A DNA stretch of 64,000 bases from an uncultured Verrucomicrobiae bacterium. Its GTDB lineage: Bacteria; Verrucomicrobiota; Verrucomicrobiia; Chthoniobacterales; JAFAMB01. The first letter of the stretch is position 1; each line of letters starts with the position of its first letter. The stretch spans positions 1,030,996 to 1,094,995 of the forward strand of contig CAVZKG010000001.1 of the NCBI GenBank assembly GCA_963775805.1. The letters run 5' to 3'. The translations under genes were made by a program, and so were the position numbers. Below are positions 39,149 to 49,249 of the stretch, one piece after another. A model generated the notes under the pieces. The model was not told the DNA's origin. It searched no databases and saw only the letters and a list, made by a program, of their open reading frames with translations.

Positions 39149-40727
39149 CGCAACAGGCTTATTTGCAGTTGTTTATATTCCTTTTTACGCACTTCAATCT
39201 GGCCGGCAAAAGCGTATTTTGGAAAAATCCGCACTCGATGGAAAGCCGTTGAATCAACTCTCATTCAAGGAAATTGGAACGGATATTCCCGGTTTGAATG
39301 AAGGATGTGAATCTGATGATATGTCATTCGGTTTTCCAAATGCTCTTTTGGATCCGGATGGAGTGCATGTACTGGAATTGAATCCCGCCGCCGAGCAAGC
39401 CGGGATTCAACCCGGAATGTCAACAAGTCAAGCAATTGCCCGAGCGCCTCAGCTCCTGTTATACAGACGGAGTCCATCGACCGAACAACAACTCCAGCAG
39501 ACGTTGCTCCAGCTTGTTTACCGTTATTCGCCCTTGATCGAGGAGAGCGCCCCTGGAATGTGCACGCTCGATTTAAAAGGTAAACGGATCCGCAAACATC
39601 AGCCGTGGTTGCGCGAATTATTGGCGCAGCTTCGGGCAATCGGTCTCCAAGCGCAGGCCGGTATTGGTCCCAACCCGGAGATTGCGCTACAAGCTGCAAA
39701 GATTGCGAACCCGATCCTGGAAATCTCGGAAGATTCCGTTCTGCTTCAATCGTTGGCTCTTGAGTCCTTGAGCCCCTCCCCGTTCCTGCTGGATATCTTG
39801 AAAAACTGGGGAATCCACACCCTCGGGGCATTTACGCGGTTGCCACGGGAAGAAATTGGAGAGCGCCTTGGCCTGGAAGCTCTTTCGCTCTGGGATCGCG
39901 CTGCCGGACGCTCTTCCAAGGTGCTGCAACTCGTTCAACCACCGGAAATATTCGAAGAATCGATCGATTTCGATCAATGCCTGGAAACGCTCGAGCCGCT
40001 CCTTTTTATTTTGAGACGATTTCTGGAAAACTTGTCGCTACGGATCGAGTCCGTTTATCTATTGATCGCCGAGCTGCGTCTGACGTTGACGCTGGACGAT
40101 GGAGGAAAAATCATGCGTCTCCTGCAGATTCCAGTTCCGACACGGGACGTGGAGACGCTTTTTGGGATTGCCACCCAGTATCTTGAAACGCTGCAGACGC
40201 TAGCACCTGTCGTTGGGTTTCATCTGGGAGTGACACCAAGCCGGCCGGCGGATCATCAATTTGATCTGTTCCAGGGTGGATTGAAAGATCCGAACCGTTT
40301 TTTCCAGACATTGGCGCGCCTGGCGGCCCTGGTAGGGAACGAAAAAGTCGGTATCCCAAAAAGGGTCGACACCCATAGACCGGATAGTCTGCAGATGCTG
40401 ATACCGGAACTCAGCTGGTCTCTGAGAGAGGTCAAAACCAATATGGCTCCAAAAACCGGGCCTGGCCTGCGCCGGTACCGGCCCGGGATCATCGCCCGAG
40501 TGGAATTAAATGGTGGCAAACCGGCCTGGATGCACAGCAGCGTGATCTCAGGAAGAGTCTTGGAGACACGTGGTCCATGGAAACTATCCGGCAACTGGTG
40601 GGATCGAGTCCGATGGGAAACCAATGAATGGGATATCGCGCTGGATAATGGAGGGATTTACCGCATTGCCCAGTGCGGAGCCACTACACTCCAGGACCAA
40701 TGGGAGATTGTCGGGGTGTACGATTAG
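39138..40727 (+). CDS. imuB: ImuB, Y-family DNA polymerase-like protein
   Basis: 529 aa with a Y-family/ImuB-like N-terminus (FAVVYIPFYALQ). It sits between imuA and dnaE2 and overlaps imuA by 11 nt. Confidence 0.8.
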   Translation: MRRNATGLFAVVYIPFYALQSGRQKRILEKSALDGKPLNQLSFKEIGTDIPGLNEGCESDDMSFGFPNALLDPDGVHVLELNPAAEQAGIQPGMSTSQAIARAPQLLLYRRSPSTEQQLQQTLLQLVYRYSPLIEESAPGMCTLDLKGKRIRKHQPWLRELLAQLRAIGLQAQAGIGPNPEIALQAAKIANPILEISEDSVLLQSLALESLSPSPFLLDILKNWGIHTLGAFTRLPREEIGERLGLEALSLWDRAAGRSSKVLQLVQPPEIFEESIDFDQCLETLEPLLFILRRFLENLSLRIESVYLLIAELRLTLTLDDGGKIMRLLQIPVPTRDVETLFGIATQYLETLQTLAPVVGFHLGVTPSRPADHQFDLFQGGLKDPNRFFQTLARLAALVGNEKVGIPKRVDTHRPDSLQMLIPELSWSLREVKTNMAPKTGPGLRRYRPGIIARVELNGGKPAWMHSSVISGRVLETRGPWKLSGNWWDRVRWETNEWDIALDNGGIYRIAQCGATTLQDQWEIVGVYD

Positions 40728-41035
40728 CGTTCGGCGTTGCCGAACGCTGTTCGAGGTTCGGAGTTCCGGGTTCGGAGTTCAGAGGAAGGGCGACAATCTA
40801 GCGTGATGGCAATCAGCTATTCCGGAAAAGAGAAGATGCGTTCAAAAGTCGCCTGCCTCTGGTGTATTGCGTGGTGCCGACACCGCATCCATTTAATTGC
40901 GGCTCCCGCCGCGCTGTGATCTCTGTGCGATTCTTCCCTTTCCCAACTCTAAACATCGAACCCTGAACTCAGAACTCCAAACATCGAACTTGGAACCGCG
41001 AACTCGGAACCGCGGACGGCGAACGCCGTTCGCCT
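40727..41035. repeat. Inverted-arm element between imuB and dnaE2 (MITE-like architecture)
   Basis: The left arm is the gcgttcggc-gtt-gccgaacgc hairpin plus gttcgaggttcggagttccgggttcggagttcag. The right arm (40945..41033) carries the same motif family in reverse complement and ends in ggcgaac-gcc-gttcgcc. The centre carries hairpin motif accgcatccatttaattgcgg at 40882..40902. Confidence 0.65.
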
Positions 41036-44000
41036 ACGTCGAACTACATGCTCGCAGCGCATTCAGTTTCCTGCGAGGAAGTTCTTCACCGGAGCATCTG
41101 GCTTTTACGGCGGCGGGTCTGGAATTGCCGGCTTTGGCGCTCTGTGACCGTGACGGTGTTTTTGGAGCCCCGCGGTTTGATGCGGCTGCGAAAGAATGCG
41201 AGATACGCCCGATCGTCGGCAGCGAATTGACGATGGAAGATGGTTCGGTTTTGCCGGTACTCGTGCAATCGAGAATCGGGTATCAGAACCTGTGCCGCCT
41301 GCTTTCACGAGCCAGGCTTCGTTCCCCAAAGAACGAAAGCTCAATTTACTGGTCAGAGTTGCCGGAGTTCCGAGAGGGTTTGATCTGTTTAACAGGCGAT
41401 GAAGAAGGGCCTGTTCATCGGGCCTTGGCTACTGGCAATTTTTCGCATGCCAATCAATGCATGACCTTGCTCAAAGAGGTTTTTGGAACAGACCATCTGT
41501 TTGTAGAAATTCAGCGGCACGCGCTTCGTGCAGAGCAATGGCTGAACCAGCAGTTGTCCGAGCTTGCCGATCACCACCAATTGAAGCTCGTGGCAACCAA
41601 CGGTGTATTGTACGGCACACCGGATCGCCGCACCGCGTTCGATGTATTCACCTGCGCGCGAAATCACACCGACCTCGATGCGGCAGGGCGATTACTGGAA
41701 CCGAATACGGAGCGGCACCTTAAATCGGCGGCGGCGATGCGGGAATTATTTCCGGATCTGCTGCACGCAGTGGCTAACACTGTGGCTATTGGCAACGAAA
41801 TCGAATTCACCCTGAAAAATCTCGGTTATCAATTTCCCAGGTTCCCCGTACCGCAGGGTGAAACCATGGACAGTTTTCTTGAAAAAGTGGTTTGGGAGGG
41901 CGCCCGGCAACGCTACGGCAATTCCTTTGCGACACCGGTTCGATCGCAGATTGAGCGTGAACTGGCGTTGATTCATAGGCTCGAGTTTTCAGGTTATTTC
42001 CTGATTGTCTGGGATCTTGTTCGTTATTGTCGTGAATCAAATATCATGGTGCAAGGCCGTGGCAGCGCCGCAAACAGTGCGGTCTGCTACAGTCTGGGAA
42101 TCACTCCCGTTGATCCGGTCGGTGGCAACCTGTTATTTGAACGTTTTTTAAGTGAAGGCCGAAAAGGCTGGCCGGATATCGATCTTGATCTGCCAAGCGG
42201 CGATCGTCGTGAACAGGTGATCCAGGAGGTTTATCGGCGTTACGGAAGACTCGGCGCAGCGATGACGGCGAATGTGATCACATTTCGGGGTCGAAGCGCG
42301 ATGCGTGAAACCGGCAAAGCATTGAATCTGCCGGAAGATGTCATGGATCGTTTCTCGCGTTTGTATGCCAACGGCGATTTCCCGCACACGCTTCAAACAG
42401 CGGATCAATTGCGCCAGGCAGGCCTTCCAGCAGAACACCCACGGGTTAACGCATTTCTAGAGGTTTATCATGCCATCCAGGGGTTACCTCGTCATCTGGG
42501 GCAACATTCCGGCGGGATGGTGATTTGCGAAGGACAACTGGATACGGTCGTTCCACTTGAAAACGCCACGATGCCAGGACGCACCGTGATCCAATGGGAT
42601 AAAGATGATTGCGAAGATCTGGGCATTGTGAAAGTGGATTTGCTCGGTCTTGGAATGATGTCGGCGCTGCAGGATTCGATCGAGATCTGCGCCCAGCGAA
42701 ATCGTCCTGTGGATCTGACCGCCCTGCCAAAGGATGATCCATTGACCTACGAAATGCTTTGCCGGGCCGACACGATCGGTGTCTTCCAGGTCGAAAGCCG
42801 CGCACAGATGGCCACGTTGCCCCGGATGAAACCGCAAACATTCTACGATCTTGTAATCGAAGTGGCTATTATCCGGCCCGGACCGATTCAAGGTCATCTG
42901 ATGAATCCATACCTGGCCCGGCGCGAAGGGATAGAAGAAGTTCATTATCTTGATCCCCGGCTTGTTCCCGTCTTGCAGCGGACCCTTGGTGTTCCACTTT
43001 TTCAAGAGCAGATGCTGAAAATGGCGATGGTCATGGCCAATTTTTCCGGAGATGAAGCCGAAGAACTGCGCAGAGCGCTCAGCTATCATCGTTCGCAAGA
43101 AAGAATGCAACGTGTCGAAACAAAGTTGCGGCTTGCACTTCGTTCAAACGATGTCAGCGACGAAGTTGCCGAAAAAATTCTCGCAGCCATTTCCTCCTTT
43201 GCGTTGTACGGATTTCCGGAATCGCACGCGATCAGTTTCGCGATGATTACCTACGCCAGTTCCTGGTTGAAAGTCCATCGGACTGTAGAGTTTTTCGTCG
43301 GATTGCTGAACAACCAGCCGATGGGATTTTATTCTCCCGCTACCCTGATCAAAGATGCTCAACGTCACGGAATCAAAATCCGCCCGGTTTCCATCACCGA
43401 TTCCGAATGGTTCTGTATCGTCGAATCCAATCTGTCGCTCAGGCTCGGCTTTTGTCTGACACAGGGAATCAGCCGTGCACACACCGAACAGATGATTGCT
43501 GAGCGCCGGCAGAAGGTATTTCATAACATACAAGATTTCCGTAATCGCACTGCATTCGATCGAGACGAGTTACGGATCCTGGCAAAATCCGGGGCACTCA
43601 ATCCCTTGATCGGGCATCGGCGTGACGCGCTCTGGGCAATCGAAAATGAACTCTATCAGGGAGAATTATTTTCTGAAGTTCACGAAGAATCGGTCTCTCC
43701 GCTGGCCCCGATGCAGCCTGTAGAACGCCTTGCAGCCGATTTTTCCACGATGCATCTCACAACCGGTCCCCACCCTATGGCCTACATCCGGTCATCGTTG
43801 CCGGACGATATCTGGCGCAGTGCGGATCTGCCGTTTGGAGAGAACGGCTCCCGGTTGGGTGTTGCCGGTCATGCGATTTGCCGACAACGCCCTGGCACAG
43901 CCAAAGGCTTTGTCTTTATCAGTCTGGAAGATGAAACCGGCATCTCAAACGTTATTGTCACCCCGCAGTTTTTTGAGAAGAACCGGCTCGTGATCACACA

Positions 44001-44127
44001 GGAACCCTTTCTGCTGATCGAAGGTGTCCTGCAAATCCATTCAGGGGTTATTCACGTTCGTGCCGAAAAGATCGAACGCTTGCCGTCGCTCGCCATCGAG
44101 ACCGCCGATTCGCACGATTTCCAATAA
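40990..44127 (+). CDS. dnaE2: Error-prone DNA polymerase III alpha-subunit paralogue DnaE2 (ImuC)
   Basis: It has a PHP-domain N-terminus (YVELHARSAFSFLRGSS) and DnaE-family blocks throughout. The start is uncertain. The ORF track uses TTG 40897, inside repeat sequence. TTG 40990 is the nearest in-frame start upstream of the conserved N-terminus. Confidence 0.9.
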   Translation: MEPRTRNRGRRTPFAYVELHARSAFSFLRGSSSPEHLAFTAAGLELPALALCDRDGVFGAPRFDAAAKECEIRPIVGSELTMEDGSVLPVLVQSRIGYQNLCRLLSRARLRSPKNESSIYWSELPEFREGLICLTGDEEGPVHRALATGNFSHANQCMTLLKEVFGTDHLFVEIQRHALRAEQWLNQQLSELADHHQLKLVATNGVLYGTPDRRTAFDVFTCARNHTDLDAAGRLLEPNTERHLKSAAAMRELFPDLLHAVANTVAIGNEIEFTLKNLGYQFPRFPVPQGETMDSFLEKVVWEGARQRYGNSFATPVRSQIERELALIHRLEFSGYFLIVWDLVRYCRESNIMVQGRGSAANSAVCYSLGITPVDPVGGNLLFERFLSEGRKGWPDIDLDLPSGDRREQVIQEVYRRYGRLGAAMTANVITFRGRSAMRETGKALNLPEDVMDRFSRLYANGDFPHTLQTADQLRQAGLPAEHPRVNAFLEVYHAIQGLPRHLGQHSGGMVICEGQLDTVVPLENATMPGRTVIQWDKDDCEDLGIVKVDLLGLGMMSALQDSIEICAQRNRPVDLTALPKDDPLTYEMLCRADTIGVFQVESRAQMATLPRMKPQTFYDLVIEVAIIRPGPIQGHLMNPYLARREGIEEVHYLDPRLVPVLQRTLGVPLFQEQMLKMAMVMANFSGDEAEELRRALSYHRSQERMQRVETKLRLALRSNDVSDEVAEKILAAISSFALYGFPESHAISFAMITYASSWLKVHRTVEFFVGLLNNQPMGFYSPATLIKDAQRHGIKIRPVSITDSEWFCIVESNLSLRLGFCLTQGISRAHTEQMIAERRQKVFHNIQDFRNRTAFDRDELRILAKSGALNPLIGHRRDALWAIENELYQGELFSEVHEESVSPLAPMQPVERLAADFSTMHLTTGPHPMAYIRSSLPDDIWRSADLPFGENGSRLGVAGHAICRQRPGTAKGFVFISLEDETGISNVIVTPQFFEKNRLVITQEPFLLIEGVLQIHSGVIHVRAEKIERLPSLAIETADSHDFQ

Positions 44128-44162
44128 AGTCCGCAAACAATCAACCGACAAGGGAATCAGAT

Positions 44163-44576
44163 ACCGCATCCATTCGGTTGCGTCTACGTGGTGCAGGGTT
44201 CCCGGGAATGGACAGGCGAGACGCCCATCCTACTTTAAACCTTTAAACTCCCGGCCGTTCTCGCGTTTTCCGTGCGTCCACGTTCTTGAAGCGAGTTCAA
44301 CGCGACATCGCTCCAGTCTAGACAGCGACACCTTATAAATCCGAACCTCTGCGTCCTTTGCGCCTTTGTGGTGAATTAATCCTCTGCGCCCTCCTCCGTA
44401 CTACAATGGTTGGAAATCTTGTTTTTCTGCGAGGATTTCACCTTATTGCGCTAGGACTGTCTGCGTGGAACGCGCCCCGAGCCAGCGCAGGCAGAATGCT
44501 TGCTCCGCCACCATTTGGTTGCGGCTACTGCCGCGCTGTATCTCTGTGGTAAACCCCTTCTCGGGAATGGAAAACC
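44163..44576 (+). repeat. Dispersed intergenic element, copy 3, plus an adjacent partial copy
   Basis: 44163..44420 is homologous to 24443..24800. 44500..44576 repeats the hairpin-motif variant plus gccgcgctgtatctctgtggtaaacccc-ttctcgggaatgg. Almost the whole 449-bp dnaE2/cysK-like spacer is repeat sequence. Confidence 0.75.
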
Positions 44577-45620
44577 CTACAATTTGTCGAGAAATTCGAG
44601 GCCGCGTGATTTGGGTGTGAGGTTTTTTTCCGCAAGCCAAACGGGATTATAGAGCCGCGAAACATACTTCGATCCAGAGTCGCACAGAATCGTTGCGATC
44701 ACCTGCCCGGGGCCCTTTTCTTTCGCCAACTTCACCGCGCCACAAACATTGATCGCCGACGAAAGACTCAAAAACAGTCCCTCGGCATGAAGCAAATGCT
44801 TGAGCATCTCGACCGCTACATCATCCGCGATGCGGTAGGCTTCATCGATTTGAACCCCTTTTAGATTTTCCGTCACACGGCTCTGTCCGATTCCTTCGGC
44901 GAACGAGTCGCCATCGTGAATTTCGGTGTGCCCAAATTTGACCCAGGACCACATCGCCGCGCCGTATGGATCAGCGCAAACAATGTCGATGTTTGGGTTT
45001 TTCTCTTTCAAAAAGAGAGCCGTCCCCGCGAGAGTTCCTCCCGTGCCAATCGAAGCAACGAACCCGGTCACTCCACCCTGGGTTTGATGCCAAATCTCCG
45101 GCCCGGTCGACTGGTAATGAGCGGTCCGATTCGCAAGATTATCGAATTGGTTTGCCCAAAACGCGTTTTCGGTCTGCTTTGCGACTCTCTCCGATACATG
45201 AATATAATTGCCTGGATCCGTGTACGGCTTTTCCGGGACAGTCCGAAGTTCCGCGCCAATCGCGCGCAGGCCATCGATCTTCTCCTGGGAAATATTATCC
45301 GGAACAACAATAATCGTTCGATATCCGCGAGCGTTACCGACCAGGGCTAGCCCGATACCAGTGTTGCCGGCGGTCCCTTCAACGATTGTTCCGCCGCGTT
45401 GAAGCGCTCCGGATTTTTCTGCATCCAGAATGATTCCGAGCGCTGCCCGGTCCTTCACCGATCCGCCCGGATTCAGGAATTCTGCTTTCCCAAGGATTTC
45501 CGACCCAGTCGCCTCGGAGAGAGCGCGCAACCGGATCAGCGGGGTTTTACCGATCGTCTGGCAAAATCCTGTCGTCACAAACCCTAGCGAGCAATCCTGT
45601 CCGAAACCGTTATTGAGCAT
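44577..45620 (-). CDS. Cysteine synthase / cystathionine beta-synthase-family PLP enzyme
   Basis: 347 aa with a PLP-lysine region (NPGGSVKDRAA), GNTGIGLA and GTGGT. Confidence 0.85.
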   Translation of the reverse strand: MLNNGFGQDCSLGFVTTGFCQTIGKTPLIRLRALSEATGSEILGKAEFLNPGGSVKDRAALGIILDAEKSGALQRGGTIVEGTAGNTGIGLALVGNARGYRTIIVVPDNISQEKIDGLRAIGAELRTVPEKPYTDPGNYIHVSERVAKQTENAFWANQFDNLANRTAHYQSTGPEIWHQTQGGVTGFVASIGTGGTLAGTALFLKEKNPNIDIVCADPYGAAMWSWVKFGHTEIHDGDSFAEGIGQSRVTENLKGVQIDEAYRIADDVAVEMLKHLLHAEGLFLSLSSAINVCGAVKLAKEKGPGQVIATILCDSGSKYVSRLYNPVWLAEKNLTPKSRGLEFLDKL

Positions 45621-45790
45621 AGTGTCTTGGTAGATTCAATCTTCTTCGGGCAAAGACAGCAACCGGAATCGAAGAGAGAGGAAGGAGAACAAAGAACAGA
45701 CAGAAACCATTTTAAGTATATCAAACCAGTATAGATTGTGGCTGCATCGCTCTGTGCAATTAGGCCATATATCCACTCCACTCACCCAGA

Positions 45791-47365
45791 CTAGTTTGCC
45801 ATCTTGGTCGTCTGCCGCGGCAGATGATAAATCTCCAAACCTGGCTGCAAAAATGGGATGGGTCCCGCTTCGCGCTTCCAGACAAGCGTTCCATGTTTGA
45901 ACAGCTCCAAGTAAAACTGCTTCACAGCGACGAGCGAGCTACTCTTCACCGAATCAGCCGGACCTTCCGGCGAAAATACACGATCGTAATCGGCCGGCGA
46001 AGCAATGATGTAATCGACGCCTGAAGCAGCAACTTGATCGACATTCGCCTGGTCCTCTTTGAACTTTGCGAGGTCGCCCTCTGCGATCACGAACGGGTGC
46101 CGATGCTTTGATGCGCCAAGAAGTCCCGGAAGCAGCACGTCCGGGTCAGCCAAGATCTTGCTACCCGGCTGCACATTCCCATCGATCCAATTGAGCATCT
46201 CCATCCGTTCGTCTCCACTGAATGCGGCGTAGTAAGGATAGCCGCGCAGAAACTCAAAAAAGCAGGCCGCCATGCAAACACCAACCAGCACCGGCAAAAG
46301 CCATCCCCTTACCCCGTCACGAACTGTCGCAAGGCATTCCGTCATTGAGGCGACGCCGACGACTGCGAACGCATAGGTAAGTCCGATCATCGGCAGAAAC
46401 CGCAAATCGCCGGAAGGGGCGAACAAGAGTAACAGAAAATAGAGGAGCGGGATCAGTCCGAGGAAAATCTCGCTGATCCGAAGTTTATGACGGCGAACCC
46501 AGAAGAGCCAGATCGAGACGCCTATCATGATCCAGATTGCCGGAGTCGTATTGTGCCAAAGATCGAGCCAATAGGTGCCATGCACCAAGCCGCTAAAGCC
46601 TTCCGGCGCACTGGCGAATGCCGCTCCGAGATCCTGGAGAACATCAATCGCCGTCAATCTAAGTTCCGATACAGCGTAGAAATCCACGACAAGAATCGTA
46701 AACAGCAAACCGAGAAGGAATTCTGCGACCCGATTCAGCCGGGACTGTCCTGGACCGCTGCTGAGAACGGCTACGAGCGCTGGAATAGCCAGCAAAGCGC
46801 CGATGTATTTAGCAGAAACCGCGAGCGCGACACTCATCCCTAGGAACAGCGCCCTAGTGGTTGTAGCTTTCTGTTCGAGCAACACGATCGCCAGGAGAGT
46901 CAGACTTGCACCGAACAAGAATGAACTTCCCTCGGTCATCCGATGGGCGAGCGCAAATATCTGGTGCTGGCAAAGCAGTAATACCGATAGCAACAGTGCA
47001 GCCGTGCTGCTCTCCAGAAAATAGACCGTTAGACAGAGCGCAACGATCGATCCGACAGCGAAGAATGCGGAAACAGTTCTTCCAATCACCACGACCGGCT
47101 GGATCTCGTCGGGAACATGCAGCGCTTTCTTGACAATCTTCGCGGCAACCGCAGAGAGCAGCGGCCGATGCAGATCCCAATCTTTCCCTATCTCCTGGCT
47201 CGCCCGGACCTGTTCGCCCGGGTCGTAAAATGCCGGGTATCGATTCCCATGTGTGAACCAGATCATTCCGACCAGGAAAACGGCTATCATCAACACCGTA
47301 ATTCCCCAGTCTATCTTGGGGCGTCCTCCCGAAAGCAGCTCATAATGCTTCTGACTCACCGGCAT
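45791..47365 (-). CDS. Polytopic membrane protein, suspected GT-C (ArnT/PMT-like) glycosyltransferase
   Basis: More than 10 TM helices followed by a soluble C-terminal domain. The assignment rests on overall architecture only. ATG 47365 is preferred over TTG 47443. Confidence 0.45.
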   Translation of the reverse strand: MPVSQKHYELLSGGRPKIDWGITVLMIAVFLVGMIWFTHGNRYPAFYDPGEQVRASQEIGKDWDLHRPLLSAVAAKIVKKALHVPDEIQPVVVIGRTVSAFFAVGSIVALCLTVYFLESSTAALLLSVLLLCQHQIFALAHRMTEGSSFLFGASLTLLAIVLLEQKATTTRALFLGMSVALAVSAKYIGALLAIPALVAVLSSGPGQSRLNRVAEFLLGLLFTILVVDFYAVSELRLTAIDVLQDLGAAFASAPEGFSGLVHGTYWLDLWHNTTPAIWIMIGVSIWLFWVRRHKLRISEIFLGLIPLLYFLLLLFAPSGDLRFLPMIGLTYAFAVVGVASMTECLATVRDGVRGWLLPVLVGVCMAACFFEFLRGYPYYAAFSGDERMEMLNWIDGNVQPGSKILADPDVLLPGLLGASKHRHPFVIAEGDLAKFKEDQANVDQVAASGVDYIIASPADYDRVFSPEGPADSVKSSSLVAVKQFYLELFKHGTLVWKREAGPIPFLQPGLEIYHLPRQTTKMAN

Positions 47366-47487
47366 CGGTTCGATCGAAATCGGAGTCCCGATTCCACCTG
47401 AACCCTCCGGAGGATCCGCTTCGCAATACCACGGTGCACGCAAGATAAACGGTTCATCTACGTAAACGCCAGCCTGGCGAAGCGTAT

Positions 47488-47600
47488 CCTATGAAAGGCA
47501 GAAGTCAGAAGGAAAAAGGCAGAAGTCGCGCTCTTTAATCTTACTCGTGCCCTTGCTTGTAATCGTAATCGTGATCGTCCTTCGTACTCGATTTGAAGCG
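47488..47600 (+). repeat. Low-complexity repeats (GGCAGAAG type and TCGTNN hexamer run)
   Basis: The sequence is ggcagaagtcagaaggaaaaaggcagaagt, then cttactcgtgcccttgcttgtaatcgtaatcgtgatcgtccttcgtactcg. It is related to 54.6-54.8 kb and 38.08 kb respectively. Confidence 0.7.
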
Positions 47601-47829
47601 CGCAACCGGATTCAATCGGGTTGTTTCCGCAGCACATCAAGCAAAGGAGCAATGCCCTTCCCTGCAATCGAGAACGATCACGATTAGAACGGCAGCTCCT
47701 TCAGAGACAGGCTGAGCCCTCTTCGTAAAAAATTGACATTCGGCCCGACTCATGTCGATCTTCACGGTCCCGCCTGGCACGATACCAGATCCGCGGATTG
47801 ATTCGCGCACGATCATAACAAAAGTACCT

Positions 47830-48894
47830 ATGTCGAATCTCACCGAAGAACTCGTTCTGGAACGGCTGAAGAGCGTTAAGTTTCCAGGGTACAGCCGGGA
47901 TATTGTCAGCTTCGGTCTTATCAAAGAAATCAAAATCGCTGGGTCGGACCTGCTCCTCAGGTTGAGTGTCGCAACCAGCAACCCGAGCATTGCACAGGCA
48001 CTTAAGACCGAGTCAGAGAAAGTCTTGCGTTCAATCCCAGGGGTGACATCCGCCAGGACTGTAATCGATATCACAAACCCGCCGGACGTCGCTTCCTCTG
48101 GTCAATCGGGGACGACGCAAATCCCTGGAGTACGCTATGTGATTGCCGTTGCCAGCGGAAAAGGAGGAGTCGGCAAATCGACGGTCGCAGCCAATCTCGC
48201 CGCCGCGCTTACACGCTCCGGGGCAGAAGTCGGTCTCTGTGACTGCGACATTTACGGCCCAAGCATATCGTTGATGTTCGGGGCCACTCAAGAAAGGCCG
48301 ATGGCAACTAGCGACAACACGATCATTCCAATTGAACGATACGGAATTAAACTGATGTCGATGGGGTCGCTGCTGGATGACACGTCTCCCGCGATTTTAC
48401 GTGGCCCTATGGTGACTCGGGCAACCCAACAATTCCTGCGCCAGACTGATTGGTCGGGCCTTGATTATCTCGTCCTCGACCTGCCGCCAGGCACAGGCGA
48501 CATCCAATTAACTGTGGTACAAACTGTTGCGCTCGCCGGAGCCGTGATCGTGACGACTCCACAAGAAGTCGCATTGATTGACGCCCGCAAAGCCAGTTCG
48601 ATGTTCGCCAAGGTGAACGTCCCGGTCCTTGGCATCATCGAAAACATGAGTTATTTCCTCTCCCCGAGCGACGGCAAACGTTATGACATTTTTGGTTCCG
48701 GAGGAGGCGCGCGTGAAGCAAACCGTTTGAAAGTCCCGCTGCTGGGCGCTGTGCCCCTGGATATCGAGACAAGGGAAGCTGGCGATCGGGGCATCCCGGT
48801 TACTCTCGAGAAGCCTGATCACCCGATCTCTAAAGTATTCGAAAATATTGCCGATCAACTACGTAAGAAGATTGAGGGCTTGTCCCACGATTGA
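47830..48894 (+). CDS. apbC: Mrp/ApbC-family Fe-S cluster carrier ATPase
   Basis: N-terminal DUF59-like segment, deviant Walker A (SGKGGVGKST) and the CxxC-type region of Mrp/NBP35 proteins. ATG 47830 is preferred. Confidence 0.9.
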   Translation: MSNLTEELVLERLKSVKFPGYSRDIVSFGLIKEIKIAGSDLLLRLSVATSNPSIAQALKTESEKVLRSIPGVTSARTVIDITNPPDVASSGQSGTTQIPGVRYVIAVASGKGGVGKSTVAANLAAALTRSGAEVGLCDCDIYGPSISLMFGATQERPMATSDNTIIPIERYGIKLMSMGSLLDDTSPAILRGPMVTRATQQFLRQTDWSGLDYLVLDLPPGTGDIQLTVVQTVALAGAVIVTTPQEVALIDARKASSMFAKVNVPVLGIIENMSYFLSPSDGKRYDIFGSGGGAREANRLKVPLLGAVPLDIETREAGDRGIPVTLEKPDHPISKVFENIADQLRKKIEGLSHD

Positions 48895-48951
48895 CCGATT
48901 TGTCGTGCATTAGCCGCCTGCCTGTAGAATCTGATTGACTGGAAACGACAG

Positions 48952-49191
48952 ATGTACAAACTCGCCACAAACCAGATGGAACCCCCGAAAGAAGACTCCA
49001 CAGAGTTGGTGAAAAATTCTGTGTTGTACAAGGAGTTCTTGGCCGAGCGCGAAGAGATCTTGCGCCACAAGTGGATTGAAAGTGAGAAAGCCGGGTATGA
49101 CATCGGCTTCGAAAGGGCGTTGCTCGACTGGATTGTCAAGTATCGATCGGCGTGGCGTGAACGCAGGCAAAAGCAGGTAAAAAGCGCTTAA
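48952..49191 (+). CDS. Small conserved-looking protein of unknown function
   Basis: 79 aa. The motif ILRHKWIESEKAGYDIGFERALLDWI resembles the H(K/R)W(Y/I)xSExxGxDxG pattern of DUF4032-type domains. That match is from memory and has low certainty. Confidence 0.45.
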   Translation: MYKLATNQMEPPKEDSTELVKNSVLYKEFLAEREEILRHKWIESEKAGYDIGFERALLDWIVKYRSAWRERRQKQVKSA

Positions 49192-49249
49192 GCCAGGCAA
49201 AATTGATTGAGACCTTTAAGGTGATACCGAGAGATCACCAAGGTAAGAC

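Noticed and set aside
40897-40989. N-terminal 31-aa extension of dnaE2 as given in the ORF track.
   Set aside because: It starts at a TTG inside the hairpin motif and reads through repeat arms (NSELQTSNLEPRT). It is not part of the conserved DnaE2 N-terminus.
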